Shown here: one piece after another, positions 8,889-17,103 of the stretch
Position numbering within the stretch: position 1 is the first letter of the stretch
Layout: each line of letters begins with the position of its first letter
DNA from: Thermoleophilia bacterium
GTDB taxonomy: Bacteria; Actinomycetota; Thermoleophilia; Solirubrobacterales; 70-9
Reading direction: 5' to 3'
NCBI GenBank assembly: GCA_016650125.1
Contig: JAENWT010000007.1
Coordinates: 32,297-96,296 of the forward strand
Length of the DNA stretch: 64,000 nucleotides
Position numbers and translations under genes: made by a program
The notes under the pieces: model-generated
The model's input: the letters and a program-made list of their open reading frames with translations, nothing else
Databases searched by the model: none
Told to the model about the DNA's origin: nothing

Positions 8889-9782
8889 TCACTTGATGCC
8901 ATGCTCGAGTGCGGTCTTGACGCCGGCGTCGAGGGCGTTCAGGCGGTAGAGCGCGATCGCTTCGGGCGAAGGGAAGTGGCGCAGGCGCAGGGCGTCGGTG
9001 CCGTGGTGGCACATCACTGTCGACATCAAGGCGTCCCGCTCACCGCGCTCGAGTGCGGTTGAAGCCTCGGTGATCATCTCGGCGCCGAGGTGGAGGTGGC
9101 CGAGCGCCTTACCGCGCTCGCTCAGGCCGATCTCGGCTCCGTAGGTGAACTCCTCGGTCTTGCCGATGTCGTGGATCAGGGCCGCGGCCATCAGCAGGTC
9201 CGAGTTCAGCCGCGGGTGGAGGACGCAGGTCTCGGTGACCAGGGTGGCGACCGCGACTGTGTGCTCGATCAGCCCGCCGACGTAAGCGTGGTGACCCGCC
9301 CGGGTGCAGGGCGCCCGCCGGAACTCTTCGGCCTGCGGGCCCTTGAAGAGGAGTGTCTCGACAACGTTCCGCAGGCCGGCATTGTGGACTTCGCGGGTCA
9401 GGTGCTCGAGGAAGCCTTCGAGCTCCTCACGGTCGCGGTAGGCGGTCGGCAGGAACTCGGTCGGGTCCGTAGCGGTCTCGTCCTTGACGGCGTCCTCGAG
9501 CTCGGCGCTGAGGACTCCGCGGAAGCGCTCGGCCTTGCCCTTGACCCGGATCACGTCGCCGCGCTCGAAGCGCAGGCCGATCTGGTCGACGTCGCGGAAG
9601 ATGCGCGCCGGAATAGAGCCCGACTTGTCACGCAGTTCGAGGCTGAGGTAGCCGGACCCGTTGCGAGCGGTCAGGCGGTCCTTGCGGGCGCATACGTAAC
9701 GCCCGGAGAAGGCCTGGCCGGGGGTCAATTCGACCACCGGCGGGCCGTTCGGAGCTTCAGCTTTGCTTGCCGCACTTTCCAC
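8889..9782 (-). CDS. YhaM-like 3'-5' exonuclease (OB-fold plus HD domain)
   Basis: 297 aa. N-terminal OB-fold-like segment, then HHAYVGGLIEHT and LIHDIGK HD-domain motifs. Confidence 0.8.
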   Translation of the reverse strand: MESAASKAEAPNGPPVVELTPGQAFSGRYVCARKDRLTARNGSGYLSLELRDKSGSIPARIFRDVDQIGLRFERGDVIRVKGKAERFRGVLSAELEDAVKDETATDPTEFLPTAYRDREELEGFLEHLTREVHNAGLRNVVETLLFKGPQAEEFRRAPCTRAGHHAYVGGLIEHTVAVATLVTETCVLHPRLNSDLLMAAALIHDIGKTEEFTYGAEIGLSERGKALGHLHLGAEMITEASTALERGERDALMSTVMCHHGTDALRLRHFPSPEAIALYRLNALDAGVKTALEHGIK

Positions 9783-9835
9783 AATTCACATACTGACTTG
9801 CCGGGCAGACGAGCGCCATCCTTTACGCTGAACCT

Positions 9836-10702
9836 ATGGATCATCTGCGATGGGAGATGAACCCGCCGAAACTCCGCAATCCGATTCTCGTCTGCGCCTT
9901 CCGCGGATGGAACGACGCTGCCTCGGCCGCGTCCTCGGCGCTGGAGACCCTCTGCGACTCGCTCGAGGTCGACGTGCTGGCCGAGATCGACCCCGAGGAG
10001 TATTTCGACTTCCAGGCGAACCGGCCGACGATCAGCTTCACCGACAGCAAGCACCGCCGGATCGAATGGCCGCGCAACACCTTCATCGCCGCCCGCGCCC
10101 AGGGCGCCGAGCGGGACCTGGTCCTGCTCGACGGCACCGAGCCCAACCTCAAGTGGCGCACCTACTCGGAGACGATCGTCAAGGTCGCCGAGTTCCTCAA
10201 GGTGGACAAGGTGGTCGTGCTCGGCTCCCTGATCGCCGAAGTCGCCCACACCCTCCCGGTGCCGATCACCGGGCTGGCGACCGATGAGGCGATGGTCAAG
10301 ATGCTCGACCTCGAGCACTCCAACTACGAAGGCCCGACCGGCATCGTCGGCGTGATCCACGACCGCTGCCGCGCCGCCGGCCTGCCCTCCGCCTCACTCT
10401 GGGCCGCCGTGCCCCATTACGTTGCCGCGATCCCGAACCCGAAGGCCGCCCTCGCCTTGAGCGAACGGCTTGAACGAATTACCGGCGTCGCCGCCGACGT
10501 CTCCGGTCTCGAAGACGAGACGGTCGCCTACGAAGAGCAGATCGGCCGCGCCGTCTCCGCCGACCCCGAGGTCGAAGAACTGGTCAGCCGAATCGAAAGC
10601 GAACAGCGCGAGCGCCACTCATCCGACATCGAAGTCCCCAGCGGCGACTCGATCGCCATGGAGTTCCAAAGGTTCCTGAAGCAGCAGGACCGAGACAAGT
10701 AG
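9836..10702 (+). CDS. PAC2 (proteasome assembly chaperone 2-like) family protein
   Basis: 288 aa. NPILVCAFRGWNDAASAASSALETL is the characteristic actinobacterial PAC2 N-terminus. Confidence 0.75.
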   Translation: MDHLRWEMNPPKLRNPILVCAFRGWNDAASAASSALETLCDSLEVDVLAEIDPEEYFDFQANRPTISFTDSKHRRIEWPRNTFIAARAQGAERDLVLLDGTEPNLKWRTYSETIVKVAEFLKVDKVVVLGSLIAEVAHTLPVPITGLATDEAMVKMLDLEHSNYEGPTGIVGVIHDRCRAAGLPSASLWAAVPHYVAAIPNPKAALALSERLERITGVAADVSGLEDETVAYEEQIGRAVSADPEVEELVSRIESEQRERHSSDIEVPSGDSIAMEFQRFLKQQDRDK

Positions 10703-10774
10703 CGGGTCCCAGACCGTGAAGAAGGCGATCACCGTCCGGTCGGCGCGACAGCGTTAGCGGTTTTCTAACGGCGG

Positions 10775-11293
10775 TCAGGTGAAGATGATCTGGCCGCCGG
10801 CGGCGTAGTCGTAGAACTCGCCGACCGTGATGATGTCGTCGACTTGGGGGACGAAGTCGTCTTTGCTCAGCCCGAACAGATCCACCGAAGCCTTGCACCC
10901 GTAGAGCGGAGCTCCGGAGTCGGAGATCATTTCGACGAATTCGGCAACCGGCGGGATGTCGAGCTTCTCCATCTCCCCGGCCAGCTTCCTGGTAACCATC
11001 GACGACACTCCGGGGAGGCCACCGACAATGGTGGCCAGATGCAGACCCGGGTTCCCGACGGTCGAGACCTTGATGTTTTCGTTCCTGGATTTGTTGATCG
11101 CGTCCAGGCCGAAGAAGGTGAAGAAGACGCTGGCCTCGATTCCCTCCATGCGGGCTCCATTGGCCATGATCAGGCCCGGGTAGATGCCCTCCAGCGAGCC
11201 CTTGGAGATGATTACCGAGACCTTCTTGATCGGTTCGGCGCCGTCGGCCTCGGCCTGTGCGACCGACTCTTTCATTTCAGCTAGTTCGCTCAT
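10775..11293 (-). CDS. DsrE/DsrF-like sulfur-relay family protein
   Basis: 172 aa. The layout VSVIISKGSLEGIYPGLIMANGA...FFTFFGLD...LYGCKASVD fits the DsrE-like (COG2210-type) pattern. Adjacent to the TusE/DsrC gene. Confidence 0.7.
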   Translation of the reverse strand: MSELAEMKESVAQAEADGAEPIKKVSVIISKGSLEGIYPGLIMANGARMEGIEASVFFTFFGLDAINKSRNENIKVSTVGNPGLHLATIVGGLPGVSSMVTRKLAGEMEKLDIPPVAEFVEMISDSGAPLYGCKASVDLFGLSKDDFVPQVDDIITVGEFYDYAAGGQIIFT

Positions 11294-11309
11294 CTCATTT
11301 CGTCGCTTC

Positions 11310-11627
11310 CTAGATGCAGCCGCGTGGCTTGGGGATACCGGCGATCTTGGCCGCCTTTTTCGCAGGTCCCTTGGGGAACAGCTGGTACAGCTCCTTGATC
11401 GGGACTCCGGATGCCTTGCCGAGGGTTCTGATCGAAGGTGCCGCGCCGTCTTCCAGGTAGGCCTTCCGCATGTAGTTGACCACCATCCAGTGGTGGTCGG
11501 TGAGCGAATCTACTCCGTTCTCGGCGGCGATCTGCTCGGCGATCAGTTCGTTCCACTGATCGGGGTCAGTCATGAAGCCTTCAGCATCGACTTCGACCGG
11601 CGTGTCTGCGTAGGTGGCGGTGCTCAT
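11310..11627 (-). CDS. TusE/DsrC/DsvC-family sulfur carrier
   Basis: 105 aa. The VDAEGFMTDPDQW, LTDHHWMVVNYMRKAY and C-terminal IPKPRGCI (penultimate Cys) segments are typical of TusE/DsrC. Confidence 0.8.
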   Translation of the reverse strand: MSTATYADTPVEVDAEGFMTDPDQWNELIAEQIAAENGVDSLTDHHWMVVNYMRKAYLEDGAAPSIRTLGKASGVPIKELYQLFPKGPAKKAAKIAGIPKPRGCI

Positions 11628-11958
11628 CCGTCGTCTCCTTTAATGCTCGCGACCGGCTGCTTGCCGGACATTGACATCTGGGCACCTTTCCCGGCATGTC
11701 CCGGCCCGGGAGCAGGGCGTGCCAGTAGAAAGGCTGAAAGGCAAGCTTAGCGAGGTGGTTCAGCCGCGACTCCTGCAACAGAGGGAGCGGACCGGCCCGG
11801 TTCGGATACCGGCCCGGGAGCGGCTCGACTTCGTAGTTGAAATCGATCAGCAGGGCCTTGTGGAAGCCGGTCTCGATGAAGCAGTTGACGTGACCGTCGT
11901 AGCTGCCCTCGAGTTTCTCTCCTGCCAGGAAGCGGCTGATGTTGTCAGTCAGGGTCTC
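11581..11958 (-). pseudogene. sqr: sulfide:quinone oxidoreductase, C-terminal fragment only
   Basis: The reverse frame reads LTDNISRFLAGEKLEGSYDGHVNCFIETGFHKALLIDFNYEVEPLPGRYP...FYWHALLPGR, which resembles the C-terminus of SQR-type flavoproteins. The ~300-aa FAD/NAD-binding N-terminus is absent, and homology stops where an opposite-strand gene fragment begins. Confidence 0.55.
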
Positions 11959-11962
11959 ACCT

Positions 11963-12294
11963 GGGCCACGCTGCTCGGCTACTCCGAAGGAGGGCCGATG
12001 TCGATTCTGTTTGCGGCCACCTATCCCGAACGCACAGAGGGACTGATTATTTACGGAAGTTTCCCGAATGGCACCCCGCTTGCTTCCTCGTCCGAGATCA
12101 CGCGGATAACCGCGAACTTTCTCCGCCATTGGGGTGAGGGGCATACGGCCGATCTGTTCGCGCCCTCGATCGGCCACGACCCTGAGCAGAAGGCCCTGGT
12201 CGGTGTCTATGGTAGGCCTAACGCTCAGGGTTTCGTAACGGCCACCCGGCCCAGCGGTGAGACGACCCGCCAGGCCGTGATGGTCAAGCTCTAG
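11963..12294 (+). pseudogene. fragment of an alpha/beta-hydrolase domain, duplicated from the cyclase gene at 12531..13880
   Basis: Positions 11963..12211 align with 12820..13071 at roughly 80-85% nucleotide identity (ATLLGYSEGGPMSILFAATYPERTEGLIIYGSFPNG versus ATLLGYSEGGSMSVLFAATYPERTAGLIIYGSFPNG). The fragment has no N-terminus and no cyclase domain. Confidence 0.6.
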
Positions 12295-12299
12295 AAGTC

Positions 12300-12376
12300 G
12301 AATCCGGACGTCTCCCCGAGAGACAAAGCGGGTCCCCGCTATGTCCTTCGGGACGACACACCGCCCCCTCTCGCCA
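12300..12376 (+). repeat. 78-bp palindrome-containing extragenic repeat, copy A (stem degenerate)
   Basis: GAATCCGGACGTCTCCCCGAGAGACAAAGCGGGTCCCCGCTATGTCCTTCGGGACGACACACCGCCCCCTCTCGCCA is near-identical to 16499..16576 and in the same orientation. Confidence 0.75.
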
Positions 12377-12530
12377 GGGGGTCTTTGTGGTTGAGGCCGG
12401 GGCAGTGGTTTCCGGATCGTGGAGTAGTCGCAGTTTGCAAACATCGAGAGGCAGGACCGCGTCGGTGAACAGGATGGTCAGCCGCCAGATCGGCGGACCC
12501 TCGCACCAAAGCGGGTAGGCTCCGTCCACC

Positions 12531-13880
12531 ATGGCCCCGAAAACCCAGTACGCCCGCAACGGGGACGCGAACATCGCCTATCAGGTGGCCGGTGAGGGGC
12601 CGAGCGATCTGGTGATCGTCTCGGGCTTTGTTTCCCACCTTGAGATGGACTGGGGCTCTCCCGAAAACGCTCGTTTTTTCGAAAGGCTCTCCTCTTTCTG
12701 TCGGCTGATCCGGTTCGACAAGCGGGGCACCGGTCTCTCCGACCCGGTATTCGGGGTCCCGACCCTGGAGGAGCGGATGGAGGATGCGCGCGCAGTCATG
12801 GACGCGGTCGGCTCCAAGCGGGCCACGCTGCTCGGCTACTCCGAAGGAGGGTCGATGTCGGTTCTGTTTGCGGCCACCTATCCCGAACGCACAGCGGGAC
12901 TGATTATTTACGGAAGTTTCCCGAACGGCGCCGCACTTGCCTCTTCGTCCGGAGATCTCGTCCGGATGGTCAGGAACTATCTCCAGAATTGGGGAGAGGG
13001 ACATTCGGTCGACCTGTTCGCGCCTTCGATCGCCGGGGACCCGGAGCAGAAGGCCCTGATCGGTGTTTATGAACGGAGTGCAGCCAGCCCGAGAATGGCC
13101 AGGGGCATAATGGCCGCCGTTGACGAAACCGACGTCACCGACGTACTGCCAAACGTTCGCGTCCCGACGCTCGTACTTCACCGACGCGACGAAGCTATCC
13201 CGATCGAAGGCGCTCGTGAAATGGCCAAACAGATCCCCGACGCGCGATTTGTCGAACTCGAAGGCTCTGATCACTGGATGCATATCGGCGACTCGGCTGC
13301 CATCCTCGGCGAGATTGAGGAGTTCGTCACCGGTACCCGCCACGCGCCGGTGGCCGAGCGCGCCCTGGCGACGGTCATGTTTACCGACATCGTCGGCTCG
13401 ACCGAGCGGGCCGGCGAGCTTGGGGATACCGGCTGGCGGCAGGTACTGGAGCGACACAATGAGCTCACCCGCAAGTTGGTCGAAAGGTCAGGTGGCCGGC
13501 CGATCAAGAGCACCGGCGATGGCTATCTGGCGACTTTCGACGGCCCGACCAGGGCAGTCAACTGTGCCAGCGATTTGACCGAGGCGGTCAGACCACTGGA
13601 GATCGAGATCCGGGCCGGGATACACACCGGCGAGTGCGAGTTCATCGGCGACGATATCGCCGGCATGGCGGTCCACATCGGTGCACGGGTCAGCGCCACC
13701 GCTGACGCCGGCGAAGTGGTGGTCTCATCGACGGTCAAGGACCTGGTGGTCGGATCCGGCATTCAGTTCGAAGACAGGGGCGAGCGCGAACTGAAAGGCG
13801 TACCGGGCTCCTGGAGGCTTTATCTGGTCGGCAAAGAGGCCGACTCACCCGCCGAGCCGGTTGCTGTCCCCAGCGTCTGA
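12531..13880 (+). CDS. alpha/beta-hydrolase fused to a class III adenylate/guanylate cyclase domain
   Basis: 449 aa. N-terminal hydrolase fold (GYSEGG nucleophile elbow). C-terminal cyclase motifs VMFTDIVGST, KSTGDGYLATF, RAGIHTGECE and GMAVHIGARV. Confidence 0.85.
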   Translation: MAPKTQYARNGDANIAYQVAGEGPSDLVIVSGFVSHLEMDWGSPENARFFERLSSFCRLIRFDKRGTGLSDPVFGVPTLEERMEDARAVMDAVGSKRATLLGYSEGGSMSVLFAATYPERTAGLIIYGSFPNGAALASSSGDLVRMVRNYLQNWGEGHSVDLFAPSIAGDPEQKALIGVYERSAASPRMARGIMAAVDETDVTDVLPNVRVPTLVLHRRDEAIPIEGAREMAKQIPDARFVELEGSDHWMHIGDSAAILGEIEEFVTGTRHAPVAERALATVMFTDIVGSTERAGELGDTGWRQVLERHNELTRKLVERSGGRPIKSTGDGYLATFDGPTRAVNCASDLTEAVRPLEIEIRAGIHTGECEFIGDDIAGMAVHIGARVSATADAGEVVVSSTVKDLVVGSGIQFEDRGERELKGVPGSWRLYLVGKEADSPAEPVAVPSV

Positions 13881-13968
13881 GTAGAGGTCGAGAGGGACTT
13901 CGCTTTCGAACCGTGGCACTTGGCAGGACTCCGACCCCGGGCCTGACGGCGTCAGACCCGCCTCTGTC

Positions 13969-15051
13969 TCAGACCTCGCACACGGCTATCGCCGCGGCGT
14001 CGCGGCGGGCCTTCTCGGTCGCCGTCGACAGGTCGCCCAGAGCGGTGTAGATGATGCGATCCGGTTCCAGATCGAGGTCCGCTGCGGCGTCTGGTTCGAG
14101 GCGCTCGATCAGGTCTTTGGAGGCGAGCGCACGGCCGCCGCTGGCACAGGCCTCGATTCGGGCGGCTTCGTTGACCTGATCGCCGAGCGCGTTGACCTCG
14201 GAGCGTCCGACGGTGCTGATGTTGCCGACGTAGAGGTTCGCTCCCCAGTGCAGGCCGAAGCGCAGGATGACATCCTCGGGTTGCAGGTCACTGCGCTCGG
14301 CGACCTCGTCGAGCGCTTTACGCAGGGTGCGGACGGCGACGATACAATTTTGTGCAGCAGCCGATTCAGATCCGGCTGTCTCGGCAAGAAAAAAGGCGCC
14401 GACGCCATCCCCGACGTGACGCCCGACCAGGCCTCCGGCGTCGACAACGCACTGATCGGCGGCGCGAACCAGCCGGCGCCCGAGCTTGAAGTAACCGGCG
14501 GTCGATAGACGTCGGGAGAGCGCCGAGGACGCTTCCAGGTCGGCGAAAAGGATCGCTGCGGGCCGCCGGCCGGCCTTTGCTACGAGTCCCATCCGCTCGA
14601 CGTGCCTGAGGTCGGCGGTGAATGTCATCGCGGAGAGCATTGCCATGCCTGGGGCAGGCTTGCTGAACAGCGCGGTGCCGGCGAGTCGGCCGTTGGCGTC
14701 GCGGATGCGGGTGGCGACAACCGGGATGTCACCGGCACCGTCGATTCCGAACCCCTCGGTGGTGAAGGCCAGCATCGTGCCCTCGGCCGGGGTCAGCTCG
14801 TCGACGATGTCGCGCAGCGTGGGGTCGACAAGTTCTCTCAACTCATCGCGCCCGCCGGGAGTGTCGGTGAGCATCAGACCGCCGACGCCGCGAAAAAAGA
14901 GACGATTGATGGCGATGCTGTTGGAGCCCATCCGCCATTCCTTGCTATTCCGGAGCCATTCCGGTCCAAGCAGAAACGAGCCCATCGGGAACGATGCTAA
15001 TTCGACGAGAGCGCCGAACGACAGACGAACGTCATCGCTGGCCCAGACCAC
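13969..15051 (-). CDS. class III adenylate/guanylate cyclase with an unknown N-terminal sensor-like domain
   Basis: 360 aa. Cyclase motifs AILFADLEASS, GRHVGDGVGAFF, RFGLHWG and LGDQVNEAARIE. The exact start is uncertain. Confidence 0.8.
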   Translation of the reverse strand: MVWASDDVRLSFGALVELASFPMGSFLLGPEWLRNSKEWRMGSNSIAINRLFFRGVGGLMLTDTPGGRDELRELVDPTLRDIVDELTPAEGTMLAFTTEGFGIDGAGDIPVVATRIRDANGRLAGTALFSKPAPGMAMLSAMTFTADLRHVERMGLVAKAGRRPAAILFADLEASSALSRRLSTAGYFKLGRRLVRAADQCVVDAGGLVGRHVGDGVGAFFLAETAGSESAAAQNCIVAVRTLRKALDEVAERSDLQPEDVILRFGLHWGANLYVGNISTVGRSEVNALGDQVNEAARIEACASGGRALASKDLIERLEPDAAADLDLEPDRIIYTALGDLSTATEKARRDAAAIAVCEV

Positions 15052-15273
15052 CCGCCAGCGGTCGTCGACGACCCAACCCAGTGGCCGGCGTCCCCGATTG
15101 CCCGCGCCGCGTCGGTGAGCGCCGGGTCCTCGGGCAGCGGGTATGACTCCTGATCGGGCATCGACCGATCCTATCCGGGGAGCCGCGATCGGCCCGCGTT
15201 CGGCTGCGCTGCGTATCTACGAAGGTCACTTTCGAAACCGGAGTCCCACCGAGGGTGCGGATAGTGTGCGCCT

Positions 15274-16473
15274 ATGCTTGACGACGCGCCGTACGTCCCA
15301 CAGCTTCCTGAGCATCCCGAGCTGCGTGAGCTCGCACTTGCGATCGAGAGCTACGGCGGGGCGGCAGAGATTTTCGACTCGAGCTTCGGCGCCGTATTCA
15401 TCTCTACGGAGACGGCGAAGTTCCTGGGTGTGACGTCGGAGGAGGCGAGCCGCCTGTACGGCATGTCGCTCATCCGTCGGAGCACCGACGGGTCCGAACT
15501 GGATGTCATGCGAACCACGGAGGAAAGCGGTGTCGAATGGTTCCGGCACAACGCACCGATCATGCGGTATTACCTGGAGCCGGGCGATGCGAGCTTCGAC
15601 GAGGCTTTTGGCCCGACCGGCGAGGCAGCCGCCGCCATCGAACCGATCGAGATACCGCCGCGCGCGTGGTACGACAGACTCTCCTTTTCCCCTGACTTGC
15701 GATTTCGCCGATTCGTGCTCGGCGACGCGAACCAGATCCACCTGCGGCTGAATGACGACGAAGGACGGTTCCTCGGGGTCCTGCATCTGTCACGGAGCGC
15801 AATGCCCGAGAGCCTGATGGCGCTGCTGGGCCGCGGAGATGAGCGGCTGTTCGAGCGCATGAACCGTGTCAGCGAGCCGGCCCGTCGTCCGGCCGCGATC
15901 CTGTTCGCGGACCTGGAGGCCTCCGGCGTGCTTTCGCGGCACCTCTCGTCGAGGGCCTACTTCGAACTGATCCGCGACCTCACTGACCTGATCGACTCCT
16001 CCACAGTCGACCGGGACGGGATCGTGGGCAAACATGCCGGCGACGGCGGCTCGGCGCTGTTTCTGGCCGAGGACTTCGAAGGCTCGGAGTCCGCAACGGC
16101 GAGAGCGGCGATTGAGGCCGCACGGGCAATTCGCGATGGGGCCGTACACCTCGGTCCCGATGACGTCACGGTCAAGCTGAACGTCGGCGTGCACTGGGGT
16201 GCGACGCTGATGGTGGGTCAAGTCGCCACCCGCGGGCGCCTAGAGGTCACGGCGCTGGGCGACCAGATGAACGAAGGTGCCCGCATCGAAGCCGCCGCCA
16301 AAAACGGGGCGATCCTCGCGTCCAAGGACCTCACTGAACGACTCGACAGCGTCGACGCGCAGGCGATCGGACTCGACCTCGACGCGCTCGCCTACACGCC
16401 GCTAGGCGAACTCGAAGGCGCGAGCGACAAGGCGATCCGGGATGCCGGAGCGATCCCCGTCACCGCGATCTGA
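15274..16473 (+). CDS. class III adenylate/guanylate cyclase, paralog of 13969..15051
   Basis: 399 aa. AILFADLEASG, GKHAGDGGSALF, NVGVHWG and LGDQMNEGARIE. The C-terminal tail IRDAGAIPVTAI parallels RRDAAAIAVCEV of the divergent neighbour. Confidence 0.8.
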   Translation: MLDDAPYVPQLPEHPELRELALAIESYGGAAEIFDSSFGAVFISTETAKFLGVTSEEASRLYGMSLIRRSTDGSELDVMRTTEESGVEWFRHNAPIMRYYLEPGDASFDEAFGPTGEAAAAIEPIEIPPRAWYDRLSFSPDLRFRRFVLGDANQIHLRLNDDEGRFLGVLHLSRSAMPESLMALLGRGDERLFERMNRVSEPARRPAAILFADLEASGVLSRHLSSRAYFELIRDLTDLIDSSTVDRDGIVGKHAGDGGSALFLAEDFEGSESATARAAIEAARAIRDGAVHLGPDDVTVKLNVGVHWGATLMVGQVATRGRLEVTALGDQMNEGARIEAAAKNGAILASKDLTERLDSVDAQAIGLDLDALAYTPLGELEGASDKAIRDAGAIPVTAI

Positions 16474-16498
16474 CCTCCTCAAGCGGCCACTCGCTCCA

Positions 16499-16576
16499 GA
16501 ATCCGGGCGTCCCCCCGAAGGACATAGCGGGTCCCCGCTATGTCCTTCGGGTCGACACACCGCCCCCCTCTCGCCA
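16499..16576 (+). repeat. 78-bp palindrome-containing extragenic repeat, copy B (perfect 17-bp stem)
   Basis: CCGAAGGACATAGCGGG (16515..16531), a TC loop, then CCCGCTATGTCCTTCGG (16534..16550). Lies 26 nt after the cyclase stop codon. Could act as a terminator or mRNA-stabilising hairpin. Confidence 0.75.
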
Positions 16577-16623
16577 AATGGTGATGTGTCTAACGGAACT
16601 GGTGCATCGCTAGGCTCGGCCGT

Positions 16624-17103
16624 ATGAGGTCGTGCGTTATATGTGGGGAGCTGAACCTGGACGGGTCCTACCCGGATGATGTTCATGTGTGCCGCGCATG
16701 CGAGCTCACCCGTCACCGGTCCGACCTGGATCAACTGACCCCGGAGAAGTTCGTGGCTGAGTCAGGGTGGCGCCTGGCGAAGACCATGCTCGACGCCCCT
16801 CACCAGTACACGGTGCGAGACCTCAGCAATGCCGATGGACATCAAACCACTGCGATGGGGCATGCCGAGTTCGAATGGTTCGCCCGGCTGACCCTTGAGC
16901 AGGGCAAGCCGGCCCAATGGGGGACGAGGACCTACCGGTACTACGAGCTCGACGGTTGGGAATACTGGACGATGGGACTGGCCCCGGAGATGACGACGAT
17001 CGTCAACCGGAGGGCGACAAGCCCCGAGACGCAGACGACCCTCGGCGAACAGGTCAGCGAAGCCCGGGCTCAGGCCTCTGCCGCCGGACAAACGAGCCGG
17101 TAG
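16624..17103 (+). CDS. hypothetical protein with N-terminal CxxC...CxxC zinc ribbon
   Basis: 159 aa. CVICGELNLDGSYPDDVHVCRAC, followed by a Trp/Tyr-rich domain (YRYYELDGWEYWTMG). No family recognised. Confidence 0.5.
   Translation: MRSCVICGELNLDGSYPDDVHVCRACELTRHRSDLDQLTPEKFVAESGWRLAKTMLDAPHQYTVRDLSNADGHQTTAMGHAEFEWFARLTLEQGKPAQWGTRTYRYYELDGWEYWTMGLAPEMTTIVNRRATSPETQTTLGEQVSEARAQASAAGQTSR

Noticed and set aside
8857-9012. Upstream extensions of 8047..9012, 60902..61843, 61707..62309, 27301..28110 and 28162..28827
   Set aside because: The extensions overlap neighbouring genes or are Arg/Pro-rich. Internal Met codons coincide with signal peptides or domain starts.
10752-10770. CGTTAG-N8-CTAACG hairpin between convergent PAC2 and DsrE genes as a bidirectional terminator
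   Set aside because: The stem is only 6 bp with no flanking T/A tract, which is too weak to call.
12433-12442. 10-bp palindrome GTTTGCAAAC upstream of cyclase 1 as an operator
   Set aside because: It is short and occurs once. It could arise by chance and I had no supporting second site.
12531-16473. Reading the cyclase trio as a Pycsar/CBASS-like antiphage signalling system
   Set aside because: There is no adjacent effector (no cNMP-binding TM, TIR, patatin or nuclease gene). The domain layouts (hydrolase fusion, sensor-like N-termini) fit ordinary signalling cyclases better.
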